From the human T2T-CHM13v2.0 reference genome, Homo sapiens, in the NCBI RefSeq assembly GCF_009914755.1, contig NC_060928.1: a stretch of DNA of 64,000 nucleotides; one strand, 5' to 3'. Below, one piece after another: positions 40,646 through 54,420 of the stretch. Under the pieces are notes generated by a model. It was not told the DNA's origin. It worked only from the letters and a program-made list of their open reading frames with translations, and made no database searches. Each line of letters opens with the position of its first letter. The stretch's first letter is position 1. The translations under genes and the position numbers were made by a program.

Positions 40646-43600
40646 CATTCTCAGAAACTTGTTTGTGATGTGTGTATTCAACTAACAGAGTTGAACTTTT
40701 GTTTTTACAGAGCCGTTTTAAAACACTCTTTTTGTGGAATCAGAAAGTGGATATTCGGATGGCTCTGAGGATTTCGTTGGAAGCGGGATTACATATAAAG
40801 TCTAGAGAGAAGCATTCTCAGGAACTTCTTTGTGATGTTTGCATTGAAGTCACAGAATTGAACATTCACTTTGATAGAGCAGGTTTGAAACACTCATTCT
40901 GTAGTATCTGGAAGTGGACATTTCAAGCGCTTTCAGGCCTATGGTGAGAAAGGAAATATCTTCGAATAAAAACTAGACAGAAGCATCCTCAGAAACTTAT
41001 TTGTGATGTGTGTCCTCAACTAACAGAGTTGAAACTTTGTTTTGATACAGCATTTTGGAAACACTCTTTTTGTAGAATCTGCAGGTGGATATTTGGATAG
41101 CTTAGAGGGATTCGTTGGAAAGGGGATATCTTCATATAAAATCTAGACAGAAGCATTCTCAGAAACTTATTTGTGATGTGTGTCCTCAACTAACAGAGTT
41201 GAACCTTGGTTTTGATACAGCATTTTGGAAACACTCCTTTTGTAGAATCTGCAGGTGGATATGTGGATAGCTCTGAAGATTTCGTTGGAAACGGGAATTT
41301 CTTCATATAAAATCAAACAGAAGCATTCTCAGAAACTTCTCAGTGATGTTTGCATTCAGCTCATGGAGTTGAACACTTCCTTTCATAGAGCCGGTTTGAA
41401 ACACTCTTTCTGCACTACCTGGAAGAGGACATTTCGAGCGCTTTGAGTCCTATGGTGAAAAAGGAAATATCTTCTCATAAAAACCAGAAAGAAGCATTCT
41501 CAGAAACTTCTTTGTGTTGTGTGTACTCATGTAACAGTGTTGAACCATCCTTTTGACAGAGCAGTTTTGAAACACTCTTTTTGTAGAATCTGCAAGTGGA
41601 TATTTGGATAGCTTTGAGGATTTCGTTGGAAACGGGATGACATATAATATCTAGAGAGAAGCATACTCAGGAACTTCTTTGTGATGTTTGCATTCAAGTC
41701 ACAGAATTGAACATTCCCTTTCATAGAGCAGGTTTGAAACACTCTTTCTCTAGTATCTGGAAGTGGGCATTTCAAGCGCTTTCAGGCCTATGGAGAGAAA
41801 GGAAATACCTTCAAATAAAAACTAGACAGAAGCATTCTCAGAAACTTATTTGTGATGTGTGTCCTCAACTAACAGAGTTGAACCTTTGTTTTGATACAGC
41901 ATTTTGGAAACACTCCTTTTGTAGAATCTGCAGGTGGATATTTGGATAACTTTGAAGATTTCGTTGGAAACCGGAATATCTTCATATAAAATCAAGACAG
42001 AAGCATTCTCGGAAACATCTCTGTGATGTTTGCATTCAACTCAGTAGAGTTGAACACTTCCTTTCATAGAGCAGGTTTGAAACACTCTTTCTGCACTACC
42101 TGGAAGCGGACATTTCGAGCGCTTTGAGGCCTATGGTGAAAAAGGAAATATCTTCTCATAAAAACCAGAAAGAAGCATTCTCAGAAACTTCTTTGTGTTG
42201 TGTGTACTCAAGTAACAGTGTTGAACCTTCCTTTTGACACAGCAGTTTTGAAACACTCTTTTGGTAGAATCTGCAAGTGGATATTTGGATAGGTTTGAGG
42301 ATTTCGTTGGAAACGGGTTATCTTCATATAAAATCCAGACAGGAGCATTCTCAGAAACTTCTTTGTGCTGCATGTCCTCAATTCACAGAGCTGAACCTTT
42401 GTTTGGATACAGCATTTTGGAAACATTCCTTTAGTAGAATCTGCAAGTTGATATTTAGATAGCTTTGAAGATTTCGTTGGAAACGGGAATATCTTCATAG
42501 AAAATCTAGACGGAAGCATTCTCAGAAACTGCTTTGTGATGTTTGCATTCAAGTCACAGAGTTGAATATTCCCTTTTATAGAGTAGGTTTGAAACACTCT
42601 TTCGGCACTACCTGGAAGTGGATATTTCGAGCTCTTTGAGGCCTATGGTTAAAAGGAAATATCTTCCCATAAAAACTAGACAGAAGCCGTCTCAGAAACT
42701 TGTTTGTGATGTGTGTATTCAACTACCAGAGTTGAACATTTCTGTTACAGAGCAATTTTAAAACACTCTTTTTGTGGAATCTGAAAGTGGATAATTGGAT
42801 AGCTTTGTGGATTTCGTTGGAAACGGGATGACGTATAAAATCTAGAGAGAAGCATTCTCAGGAACTTCTTTGTGATGTTTGCATTCAAGTCACAGAATTG
42901 AACATTCCTTTTCATAGTGCAGGTTTGAAACACTCTTTCTGTAGTATCTGGAAGTGGACATTTCAAGCGCTTTCAGGCCTACGGGGAGAAAGGAAATATC
43001 TTCAAATAAAAACTAGACAGAAGGATTCTCAGAAACTTATTTGTGATGTGTGTCCTAAACGAACACAGTTGAACCTTTGTTTAGATACAGCATTTTGGAA
43101 ACACTCCTTTTGTAGGATCTGCAGGTGGATATTTGGATAGATTTTAAGATTTCGTTGGAAACGGGAGTTTCTTCATAGAAACTCAAGACAGATGCATTCT
43201 CAGAAACATCTCTGTGATGTTTGCATTCCACTCATAGAGTTGAAAACTTCCTTTCATAGAGCAGGTTTGAAACACTCTTTTTGTAATATTTGGAAGTGGA
43301 CATTTGCAGCGCTTTGAGGCCTATGGTGAAAAAGGAAATATCTTCTCATAAAAACCAGAAACAAGCATTCTCAGAAACTTCTTTTTGATGTGTGTACTCA
43401 AGTAACAGAGTTGAACCTTCCTTTTGACACAGCAGTTTTGAAACAATCTTTTTGTAGAATCTGCAAGTGGATATTTGGATAGCTTTGAGGATTTCGTTGG
43501 AAACGGGATATCTTCATATAAAATCTAGACAGAAGCATTCTCAGAAACTTCTTTGTGCTGTATGTCCTCAATTAACAGAGTTGAACCATTGCTTGGATAC

Positions 43601-43877
43601 AGCATTTTGGAAACATTCCTTTAGTAGAATCTGCAAGTTGATATTGAGATAGATTTGAAGATTTCGTTGGAAAAGGGAATATCTCCATATAAAATCTAGA
43701 CGGAAGCATTCTCAGAAACTGCTTTGTGATGTTTCCATTCAAGTCACAGAGTTGAATATTCCCTTTTATAGAGCACGTTTGAAACACTCTTTCTGCACTA
43801 TCTGGAAGTGGACATTTCGAGCGCTTTGAGGCCTATGGTGAAAAAGGAAATATCTTCCCATAAAAATTAGACAGAAG
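40646..43877 (+). repeat. Canonical 19-mer HOR
   Basis: Anchors 40672 to 43904 = 3,232 bp. Confidence 0.94.
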
Positions 43878-46800
43878 CATTCTCAGAAACTTGTTTGTGA
43901 TGTGTGTATTCAACTAACAGAGTTGAACTTTTGTTTTTACAGAGCCGTTTTAAAACACTCTTTTTGTGGAATCAGAAAGTGGATATTCGGATGGCTCTGA
44001 GGATTTCGTTGGAAGCGGGATTACATATAAAATCTAGAGAGAAGCATTCTCAGGAACTTCTTTGTGATGTTTGCATTGAAGTCACAGAATTGAACATTCA
44101 CTTTGATAGAGCAGGTTTGAAACACTCATTCTGTAGTATCTGGAAGTGGACATTTCAAGCGCTTTCAGGCCTATGGTGAAAAAGGAAATATCTTCGAATA
44201 AAAACTAGACAGAAGCATCCTCAGAAACTTATTTGTGATGTGTGTCCTCAACTAACAGAGTTGAAACTTTGTTTTGATACAGCATTTTGGAAACACTCCT
44301 TTTGTAGAATCTGCAGGTGGATATGTGGATAGCTCTGAAGATTTCGTTGGAAACGGGAATTTCTTCATATAAAATCAAACAGAAGCATTCTCAGAAACTT
44401 CTCAGTGATGTTTGCATTCAGCTCATGGAGTTGAACACTTCCTTTCATAGAGCCGATTTGAAACACTCTTTCTGCACTACCTGGAAGAGGCCATTTCGAG
44501 CGCTTTGAGTCCTATGGTGAAAAAGGAAATATCTTCTCATAAAAACCAGAAAGAAGCATTCTCAGAAACTTCTTTGTGTTGTGTGTACTCATGTAACAGT
44601 GTTGAACCATCCTTTTGACAGAGCAGTTTTGAAACACTCTTTTTGTAGAATCTGCAAGTGGATATTTGGATAGCTTTGAGGATTTCGTTGGAAACGGGAT
44701 GACATATAATATCTAGAGAGAAGCATTCTCAGGAACTTCTTTGTGCTGTTTGCATTCAAGTCACAGAATTGAACATTCCCTTTCATAGAGCAGATTTGAA
44801 ACACTCTTTCTCTAGTATCTGGAAGTGGGCATTTCAAGCGCTTTCAGGCCTATTGAGAGAAAGGAAATACCTTCAAATAAAAACTAGACAGAAGCATTCT
44901 CAGAAACTTATTTGTGATGTGTGTCCTCAACTAACAGAGTTGAACCTTTGTTTTGATACAGCATTTTGGAAACACTCCTTTTGTAGAATCTGCAGGTGGA
45001 TATTTGGATAGCTTTGAAGATTTCGTTGGAAACCGGAATATCTTCATATAAAATCAAGACAGAAGCATTCTCGGAAACATCTCTGTGATGTTTGCATTCA
45101 ACTCAGTAGAGTTGAACACTTCCTTTCATAGAGCCGGTTTGAAACACTCTTTCTGCACTACCTGGAAGCGGACATTTCGAGCGCTTTGAGGCCTATGGTG
45201 AAAAAGGAAATATCTTCTCATAAAAACCAGAAAGAAGCATTCTCAGAAACTTCTTTGTGTTGTGTGTACTCAAGTAACAGTGTTGAACCTTCCTTTTGAC
45301 ACAGCAGTTTTGAAACACTCTTTTGGTAGAATCTGCAAGTGGATATTTGGATAGCTTTGAGGATTTCGTTGGAAACGGGTTATCTTCATATAAAATCCAG
45401 ACAGGAGCATTCTCAGAAACTTCTTTGTGCTGCATGTCCTCAATTCACAGAGCTGAACCTTTGTTTGGATACAGCATTTTGGAAACATTCCTTTAGTAGA
45501 ATCTGCTAGTTGATATTTAGATAGCTTTGAAGATTTCGTTGGAAACGGGAATATCTTCATAGAAAATCTAGACGGAAGCATTCTCAGAAACTGCTTTGTG
45601 ATGTTTGCATTCAAGTCACAGAGTTGAATATTCCCTTTTATAGAGTAGGTTTGAAACACTCTTTCGGCACTACCTGGAAGTGGATATTTCGAGCTCTTTG
45701 AGGCCTATGGTTAAAAGGAAATATCTTCCCATAAAAACTAGACAGAAGCCGTCTCAGAAACTTGTTTGTGATGTGTGTATTCAACTACCAGAGTTGAACA
45801 TTTCTGTTACAGAGCAATTTTAAAACACTCTTTTTGTGGAATCTGAAAGTGGATAATTGGATAGCTTTGTGGATTTCGTTGGAAACGGGATGACGTATAA
45901 AATCTAGATTGAAGCATTCTCAGGAACTTCTTTCTGATGTTTGCATTCAAGTCACAGAATTGAACATTCCTTTTCATAGTGCAGGTTTGAAACACTCTTT
46001 CTGTAGTATCTGGAAGTGGACATTTCAAGCGCTTTCAGGCCTACGGGGAGAAAGGAAATATCTTCAAATAAAAACTAGATAGAAGGATTCTCAGAAACTT
46101 ATTTGTGATGTGTGTCCTAAACGAACACAGTTGAACCTTTGTTTTGATACAGCATTTTGGAAACACTCCTTTTGTAGGATCTGCAGGTGGATATTTGGAT
46201 AGATTTTAAGATTTCGTTGGAAACGGGAGTTTCTTCATAGAAACTCAAGACAGATGCATTCTCAGAAACATCTCTGTGATGTTTGCATTCCACTCATAGA
46301 TTTGAAAACTTCCTTTCATAGAGCAGGTTTGAAACACTCTTTTTGTAATATTTGGAAGTGGACATTTGCAGCGCTTTGAGGCCTATGGTGAAAAAGGAAA
46401 TATCTTCTCATAAAAACCAGAAACAAGCATTCTCAGAAACTTCTTTTTGATGTGTGTACTCAAGTAACAGAGTTGAACCTTCCTTTTGACACAGCAGTTT
46501 TGAAACAATCTTTTTGTAGAATCTGCAAGTGGATATTTGGATAGCTTTGAGGATTTCGTTGGAAACGGGATATCTTCATATAAAATCTAGACAGAAGCAT
46601 TCTCAGAAACTTCTTTGTGCTGTATGTCCTCAATTAACAGAGTTGAACCATTGCTTGGATACAGCATTTTGGAAACATTCCTTGAGTAGAATCTGCAAGT
46701 TGATATTTAGATAGATTTGATGATTTCGTTGGAAAAGGGAATATCTCCATATAAAATCTAGAGGGAAGCATTCTCAGAAACTGCTTTGTGATGTTTCCAT

Positions 46801-46939
46801 TCAAGTCACAGAGTTGAATATTCCCTTTTATAGAGCACGTTTGAAACACTCTTTCTGCACTATCTGGAAGTGGACATTTCGAGCGCTTTGAGGCCTATGG
46901 TGAAAAAGGAAATATCTTCCCATAAAAACTAGACAGAAG
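43878..46939 (+). repeat. 18-mer HOR variant (3,062 bp)
   Basis: Anchors 43904 to 46966 = 3,062 bp. Same private SNPs as the 29086 copy. Confidence 0.93.
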
Positions 46940-49900
46940 CATTCTCAGAAACTTGTTTGTGATGTGTGTATTCAACTAACAGAGTTGAACTTTTGTTTTT
47001 ACAGAGCCGTTTTAAAACACTCTTTTTGTGGAATCAGAAAGTGGATATTCGGATGGCTCTGAGGATTTCGTTGGAAGCGGGATTACATATAAAATCTAGA
47101 GAGAAGCATTCTCAGGAACTTCTTTGTGATGTTTGCATTGAAGTCACAGAATTGAACATTCACTTTGATAGAGCAGGTTTGAAACACTCATTCTGTAGTA
47201 TCTGGAAGTGGACATTTCAAGCGCTTTCAGGCCTATGGTGAGAAAGGAAATATCTTCGAATAAAAACTAGACAGAAGCATCCTCAGAAACTTATTTGTGA
47301 TGTGTGTCCTCAACTAACAGAGTTGAAACTTTGTTTTGATACAGCATTTTGGAAACACTCTTTTTGTAGAATCTGCAGGTGGATATTTGGATAGCTTAGA
47401 GGGATTCGTTGGAAAGGGGATATCTTCATATAAAATCTAGACAGAAGCATTCTCAGAAACTTATTTGTGATGTGTGTCCTCAACTAACAGAGTTGAACCT
47501 TGGTTTTGATACAGCATTTTGGAAACACTCCTTTTGTAGAATCTGCAGGTGGATATGTGGATAGCTCTGAAGATTTCGTTGGAAACGGGAATTTCTTCAT
47601 ATAAAATCAAACAGAAGCATTCTCAGAAACTTCTCAGTGATGTTTGCATTCAGCTCATGGAGTTGAACACTTCCTTTCATAGAGCCGGTTTGAAACACTC
47701 TTTCTGCACTACCTGGAAGAGGACATTTCGAGCGCTTTGAGTCCTATGGTGAAAAAGGAAATATCTTCTCATAAAAACCAGAAAGAAGCATTCTCAGAAA
47801 CTTCTTTGTGTTGTGTGTACTCATGTAACAGTGTTGAACCATCCTTTTGACAGAGCAGTTTTGAAACACTCTTTTTGTAGAATCTGCAAGTGGATATTTG
47901 GATAGCTTTGAGGATTTCGTTGGAAACGGGATGACATATAATATCTAGAGAGAAGCATACTCAGGAACTTCTTTGTGATGTTTGCATTCAAGTCACAGAA
48001 TTGAACATTCCCTTTCATAGAGCAGGTTTGAAACACTCTTTCTCTAGTATCTGGAAGTGGGCATTTCAAGCGCTTTCAGGCCTATGGAGAGAAAGGAAAT
48101 ACCTTCAAATAAAAACTAGACAGAAGCATTCTCAGAAACTTATTTGTGATGTGTGTCCTCAACTAACAGAGTTGAACCTTTGTTTTGATACAGCATTTTG
48201 GAAACACTCCTTTTGTAGAATCTGCAGGTGGATATTTGGATAACTTTGAAGATTTCGTTGGAAACCGGAATATCTTCATATAAAATCAAGACAGAAGCAT
48301 TCTCGGAAACATCTCTGTGATGTTTGCATTCAACTCAGTAGAGTTGAACACTTCCTTTCATAGAGCAGGTTTGAAACACTCTTTCTGCACTACCTGGAAG
48401 CGGACATTTCGAGCGCTTTGAGGCCTATGGTGAAAAAGGAAATATCTTCTCATAAAAACCAGAAAGAAGCATTCTCAGAAACTTCTTTGTGTTGTGTGTA
48501 CTCAAGTAACAGTGTTGAACCTTCCTTTTGACACAGCAGTTTTGAAACACTCTTTTGGTAGAATCTGCAAGTGGATATTTGGATAGCTTTGAGGATTTCG
48601 TTGGAAACGGGTTATCTTCATATAAAATCCAGACAGGAGCATTCTCAGAAACTTCTTTGTGCTGCATGTCCTCAATTCACAGAGCTGAACCTTTGTTTGG
48701 ATACAGCATTTTGGAAACATTCCTTTAGTAGAATCTGCAAGTTGATATTTAGATAGCTTTGAAGATTTCGTTGGTAACGGGAATATCTTCATAGAAAATC
48801 TAGACGGAAGCATTCTCAGAAACTGCTTTGTGATGTTTGCATTCAAGTCACAGAGTTGAATATTCCCTTTTATAGAGTAGGTTTGAAACACTCTTTCGGC
48901 ACTACCTGGAAGTGGATATTTCGAGCTCTTTGAGGCCTATGGTTAAAAGGAAATATCTTCCCATAAAAACTAGACAGAAGCCGTCTCAGAAACTTGTTTG
49001 TGATGTGTGTATTCAACTACCAGAGTTGAACATTTCTGTTACAGAGCAATTTTAAAACACTCTTTTTGTGGAATCTGAAAGTGGATAATTGGATAGCTTT
49101 GTGGATTTCGTTGGAAACGGGATGACGTATAAAATCTAGAGAGAAGCATTCTCAGGAACTTCTTTCTGATGTTTGCATTCAAGTCACAGAATTGAACATT
49201 CCTTTTCATAGTGCAGGTTTGAAACACTCTTTCTGTAGTATCTGGAAGTGGACATTTCAAGCGCTTTCAGGCCTACGGGGAGAAAGGAAATATCTTCAAA
49301 TAAAAACTAGACAGAAGGATTCTCAGAAACTTATTTGTGATGTGTGTCCTAAACGAACACAGTTGAACCTTTGTTTAGATACAGCATTTTGGAAACACTC
49401 CTTTTGTAGGATCTGCAGGTGGATATTTGGATAGATTTTAAGATTTCGTTGGAAACGGGAGTTTCTTCATAGAAACTCAAGACAGATGCATTCTCAGAAA
49501 CATCTCTGTGATGTTTGCATTCCACTCATAGAGTTGAAAACTTCCTTTCATAGAGCAGGTTTGAAACACTCTTTTTGTAATATTTGGAAGTGGACATTTG
49601 CAGCGCTTTGAGGCCTATGGTGAAAAAGGAAATATCTTCTCATAAAAACCAGAAACAAGCATTCTCAGAAACTTCTTTTTGATGTGTGTACTCAAGTAAC
49701 AGAGTTGAACCTTCCTTTTGACACAGCAGTTTTGAAACAATCTTTTTGTAGAATCTGCAAGTGGATATTTGGATAGCTTTGAGGATTTCGTTGGAAACGG
49801 GATATCTTCATATAAAATCTAGACAGAAGCATTCTCAGAAACTTCTTTGTGCTGTATGTCCTCAATTAACAGAGTTGAACCATTGCTTGGATACAGCATT

Positions 49901-52900
49901 TTGGAAACATTCCTTGAGTAGAATCTGCAAGTTGATATTTAGATAGATTTGAAGATTTCGTTGGAAAAGGGAATATCTCCATATAAAATCTAGAGGGAAG
50001 CATTCTCAGAAACTGCTTTGTGATGTTTCCATTCAAGTCACAGAGTTGAATATTCCCTTTTATAGAGCACGTTTGAAACACTCTTTCTGCACTATCTGGA
50101 AGTGGACATTTCGAGCGCTTTGAGGCCTATGGTGAAAAAGGAAATATCTTCCCATAAAAACTAGACAGAAGCATTCTCAGAAACTTGTTTGTGATGTGTG
50201 TATTCAACTAACAGAGTTGAACTTTTGTTTTTACAGAGCCGTTTTAAAACACTCTTTTTGTGGAATCAGAAAGTGGATATTCGGATGGCTCTGAGGATTT
50301 CGTTGGAAGCGGGATTACATATAAAATCTAGAGAGAAGCATTCTCAGGAACTTCTTTGTGATGTTTGCATTGAAGTCACAGAATTGAACATTCACTTTGA
50401 TAGAGCAGGTTTGAAACACTCATTCTGTAGTATCTGGAAGTGGACATTTCAAGCGCTTTCAGGCCTATGGTGAGAAAGGAAATATCTTCGAATAAAAACT
50501 AGACAGAAGCATCCTCAGAAACTTATTTGTGATGTGTGTCCTCAACTAACAGAGTTGAAACTTTGTTTTGATACAGCATTTTGGAAACACTCTTTTTGTA
50601 GAATCTGCAGGTGGATATTTGGATAGCTTAGAGGGATTCGTTGGAAAGGGGATATCTTCATATAAAATCTAGACAGAAGCATTCTCAGAAACTTATTTGT
50701 GATGTGTGTCCTCAACTAACAGAGTTGAACCTTGGTTTTGATACAGCATTTTGGAAACACTCCTTTTGTAGAATCTGCAGGTGGATATGTGGATAGCTCT
50801 GAAGATTTCGTTGGAAACGGGAATTTCTTCATATAAAATCAAACAGAAGCATTCTCAGAAACTTCTCAGTGATGTTTGCATTCAGCTCATGGAGTTGAAC
50901 ACTTCCTTTCATAGAGCCGGTTTGAAACACTCTTTCTGCACTACCTGGAAGAGGACATTTCGAGCGCTTTGAGTCCTATGGTGAAAAAGGAAATATCTTC
51001 TCATAAAAACCAGAAAGAAGCATTCTCAGAAACTTCTTTGTGTTGTGTGTACTCATGTAACAGTGTTGAACCATCCTTTTGACAGAGCAGTTTTGAAACA
51101 CTCTTTTTGTAGAATCTGCAAGTGGATATTTGGATAGCTTTGAGGATTTCGTTGGAAACGGGATGACATATAATATGTAGAGAGAAGCATTCTCAGGAAC
51201 TTCTTTGTGATGTTTGCATTCAAGTCACAGAATTGAACATTCCCTTTCATAGAGCAGGTTTGAAACACTCTTTCTCTAGTATCTGGAAGTGGGCATTTCA
51301 AGCGCTTTCAGGCCTATGGAGAGAAAGGAAATACCTTCAAATAAAAACTAGACAGAAGCATTCTCAGAAACTTATTTGTGATGTGTGTCCTCAACTAACA
51401 GAGTTGAACCTTTGTTTTGATACAGCATTTTGGAAACACTCCTTTTGTAGAATCTGCAGGTGGATATTTGGATAACTTTGAAGATTTCGTTGGAAACCGG
51501 AATATCTTCATATAAAATCAAGACAGAAGCATTCTCGGAAACATCTCTGTGATGTTTGCATTCAACTCAGTAGAGTTGAACACTTCCTTTCATAGAGCCG
51601 GTTTGAAACACTCTTTCTGCACTACCTGGAAGCGGACATTTCGAGCGCTTTGAGGCCTATGGTGAAAAAGGAAATATCTTCTCATAAAAACCAGAAAGAA
51701 GCATTCTCAGAAACTTCTTTGTGTTGTGTGTACTCAAGTAACAGTGTTGAACCTTCCTTTTGACACAGCAGTTTTGAAACACTCTTTTGGTAGAATCTGC
51801 AAGTGGATATTTGGATAGCTTTGAGGATTTCGTTGGAAACGGGTTATCTTCATATAAAATCCAGACAGGAGCATTCTCAGAAACTTCTTTGTGCTGCATG
51901 TCCTCAATTCACAGAGCTGAACCTTTGTTTGGATACAGCATTTTGGAAACATTCCTTTAGTAGAATCTGCAAGTTGATATTTAGATAGCTTTGAAGATTT
52001 CGTTGGAAACGGGAATATCTTCATAGAAAATCTAGACGGAAGCATTCTCAGAAACTGCTTTGTGATGTTTGCATTCAAGTCACAGAGTTGAATATTCCCT
52101 TTTATAGAGTAGGTTTGAAACACTCTTTCGGCACTACCTGGAAGTGGATATTTCGAGCTCTTTGAGGCCTATGGTTAAAAGGAAATATCTTCCCATAAAA
52201 ACTAGACAGAAGCCGTCTCAGAAACTTGTTTGTGATGTGTGTATTCAACTAACAGAGTTGAACATTTCTGTTACAGAGCAATTTTAAAACACTCTTTTTG
52301 TGGAATCTGAAAGTGGATAATTGGATAGCTTTGTGGATTTCGTTGGAAACGGGATGACGTATAAAATCTAGAGAGAAGCATTCTCAGGAACTTCTTTCTG
52401 ATGTTTGCATTCAAGTCACAGAATTGAACATTCCTTTTCATAGTGCAGGTTTGAAACACTCTTTCTGTAGTATCTGGAAGTGGACATTTCAAGCGCTTTC
52501 AGGCCTACGGGGAGAAAGGAAATATCTTCAAATAAAAACTAGACAGAAGGATTCTCAGAAACTTATTTGTGATGTGTGTCCTAAACGTACACAGTTGAAC
52601 CTTTGTTTAGATACAGCATTTTGGAAACACTCCTTTTGTAGGATCTGCAGGTGGATATTTGGATAGATTTTAAGATTTCGTTGGAAACGGGAGTTTCTTC
52701 ATAGAAACTCAAGACAGATGCATTCTCAGAAACATCTCTGTGATGTTTGCATTCCACTCATAGAGTTGAAAACTTCCTTTCATAGAGCAGGTTTGAAACA
52801 CTCTTTTTGTAATATTTGGAAGTGGACATTTGCAGCGCTTTGAGGCCTATGGTGAAAAAGGAAATATCTTCTCATAAAAACCAGAAACAAGCATTCTCAG

Positions 52901-53403
52901 AAACTTCTTTTTGATGTGTGTACTCAAGTAACAGAGTTGAACCTTCCTTTTGACACAGCAGTTTTGAAACAATCTTTTTGTAGAATCTGCAAGTGGATAT
53001 TTGGATAGCTTTGAGGATTTCGTTGGAAACGGGATATCTTCATATAAAATCTAGACAGAAGCATTCTCAGAAACTTCTTTGTGCTGTATGTCCTCAATTA
53101 ACAGAGTTGAACCATTGCTTGGATACAGCATTTTGGAAACATTCCTTTAGTAGAATCTGCAAGTTGATATTGAGATAGATTTGAAGATTTCGTTGGAAAA
53201 GGGAATATCTCCATATAAAATCTAGACGGAAGCATTCTCAGAAACTGCTTTGTGATGTTTCCATTCAAGTCACAGAGTTTAATATTCCCTTTTATAGAGC
53301 ACGTTTGAAACACTCTTTCTGCACTATCTGGAAGTGGACATTTCGAGCGCTTTGAGGCCTATGGTGAAAAAGGAAATATCTTCCCATAAAAATTAGACAG
53401 AAG
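46940..53403 (+). repeat. Two canonical 19-mer HORs (start 46940, 50172)
   Basis: Anchors 46966, 50198, 53430 at 3,232-bp spacing. Confidence 0.94.
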
Positions 53404-54420
53404 CATTCTCAGAAACTTGTTTGTGATGTGTGTATTCAACTAACAGAGTTGAACTTTTGTTTTTACAGAGCCGTTTTAAAACACTCTTTTTGTGGAATCA
53501 GAAAGTGGATATTCGGATGGCTCTCAGGATTTCGTTGGAAGCGGGATTACATATAAAATCTAGAGAGAAGCATTCTCAGGAACTTCTTTGTGATGTTTGC
53601 ATTGAAGTCACAGAATTGAACATTCACTTTGATAGAGCAGGTTTGAAACACTCATTCTGTAGTATCTGGAAGTGGACATTTCAAGCGCTTTCAGGCCTAT
53701 GGTGAAAAAGGAAATATCTTCGAATAAAAACTAGACAGAAGCATCCTCAGAAACTTATTTGTGATGTGTGTCCTCAACTAACAGAGTTGAAACTTTGTTT
53801 TGATACAGCATTTTGGAAACACTCCTTTTGTAGAATCTGCAGGTGGATATGTGGATAGCTCTGAAGATTTCGTTGGAAACGGGAATTTCTTCATATAAAA
53901 TCAAACAGAAGCATTCTCAGAAACTTCTCAGTGATGTTTGCATTCAGCTCATGGAGTTGAACACTTCCTTTCATAGAGCCGGTTTGAAACACTCTTTCTG
54001 CACTACCTGGAAGAGGCCATTTCGAGCGCTTTGAGTCCTATGGTGAAAAAGGAAATATCTTCTCATAAAAACCAGAAAGAAGCATTCTCAGAAACTTCTT
54101 TGTGTTGTGTGTACTCATGTAACAGTGTTGAACCATCCTTTTGACAGAGCAGTTTTGAAACACTCTTTTTGTAGAATCTGCAAGTGGATATTTGGATAGC
54201 TTTGAGGATTTCGTTGGAAACGGGATGACATATAATATCTAGAGAGAAGCATTCTCAGGAACTTCTTTGTGCTGTTTGCATTCAAGTCACAGAATTGAAC
54301 ATTCCCTTTCATAGAGCAGATTTGAAACACTCTTTCTCTAGTATCTGGAAGTGGGCATTTCAAGCGCTTTCAGGCCTATTGAGAGAAAGGAAATACCTTC
54401 AAATAAAAACTAGACAGAAG
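53404..54420 (+). repeat. 6-mer HOR variant (1,017 bp)
   Basis: Anchors 53430 to 54447 = 1,017 bp. Confidence 0.93.
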
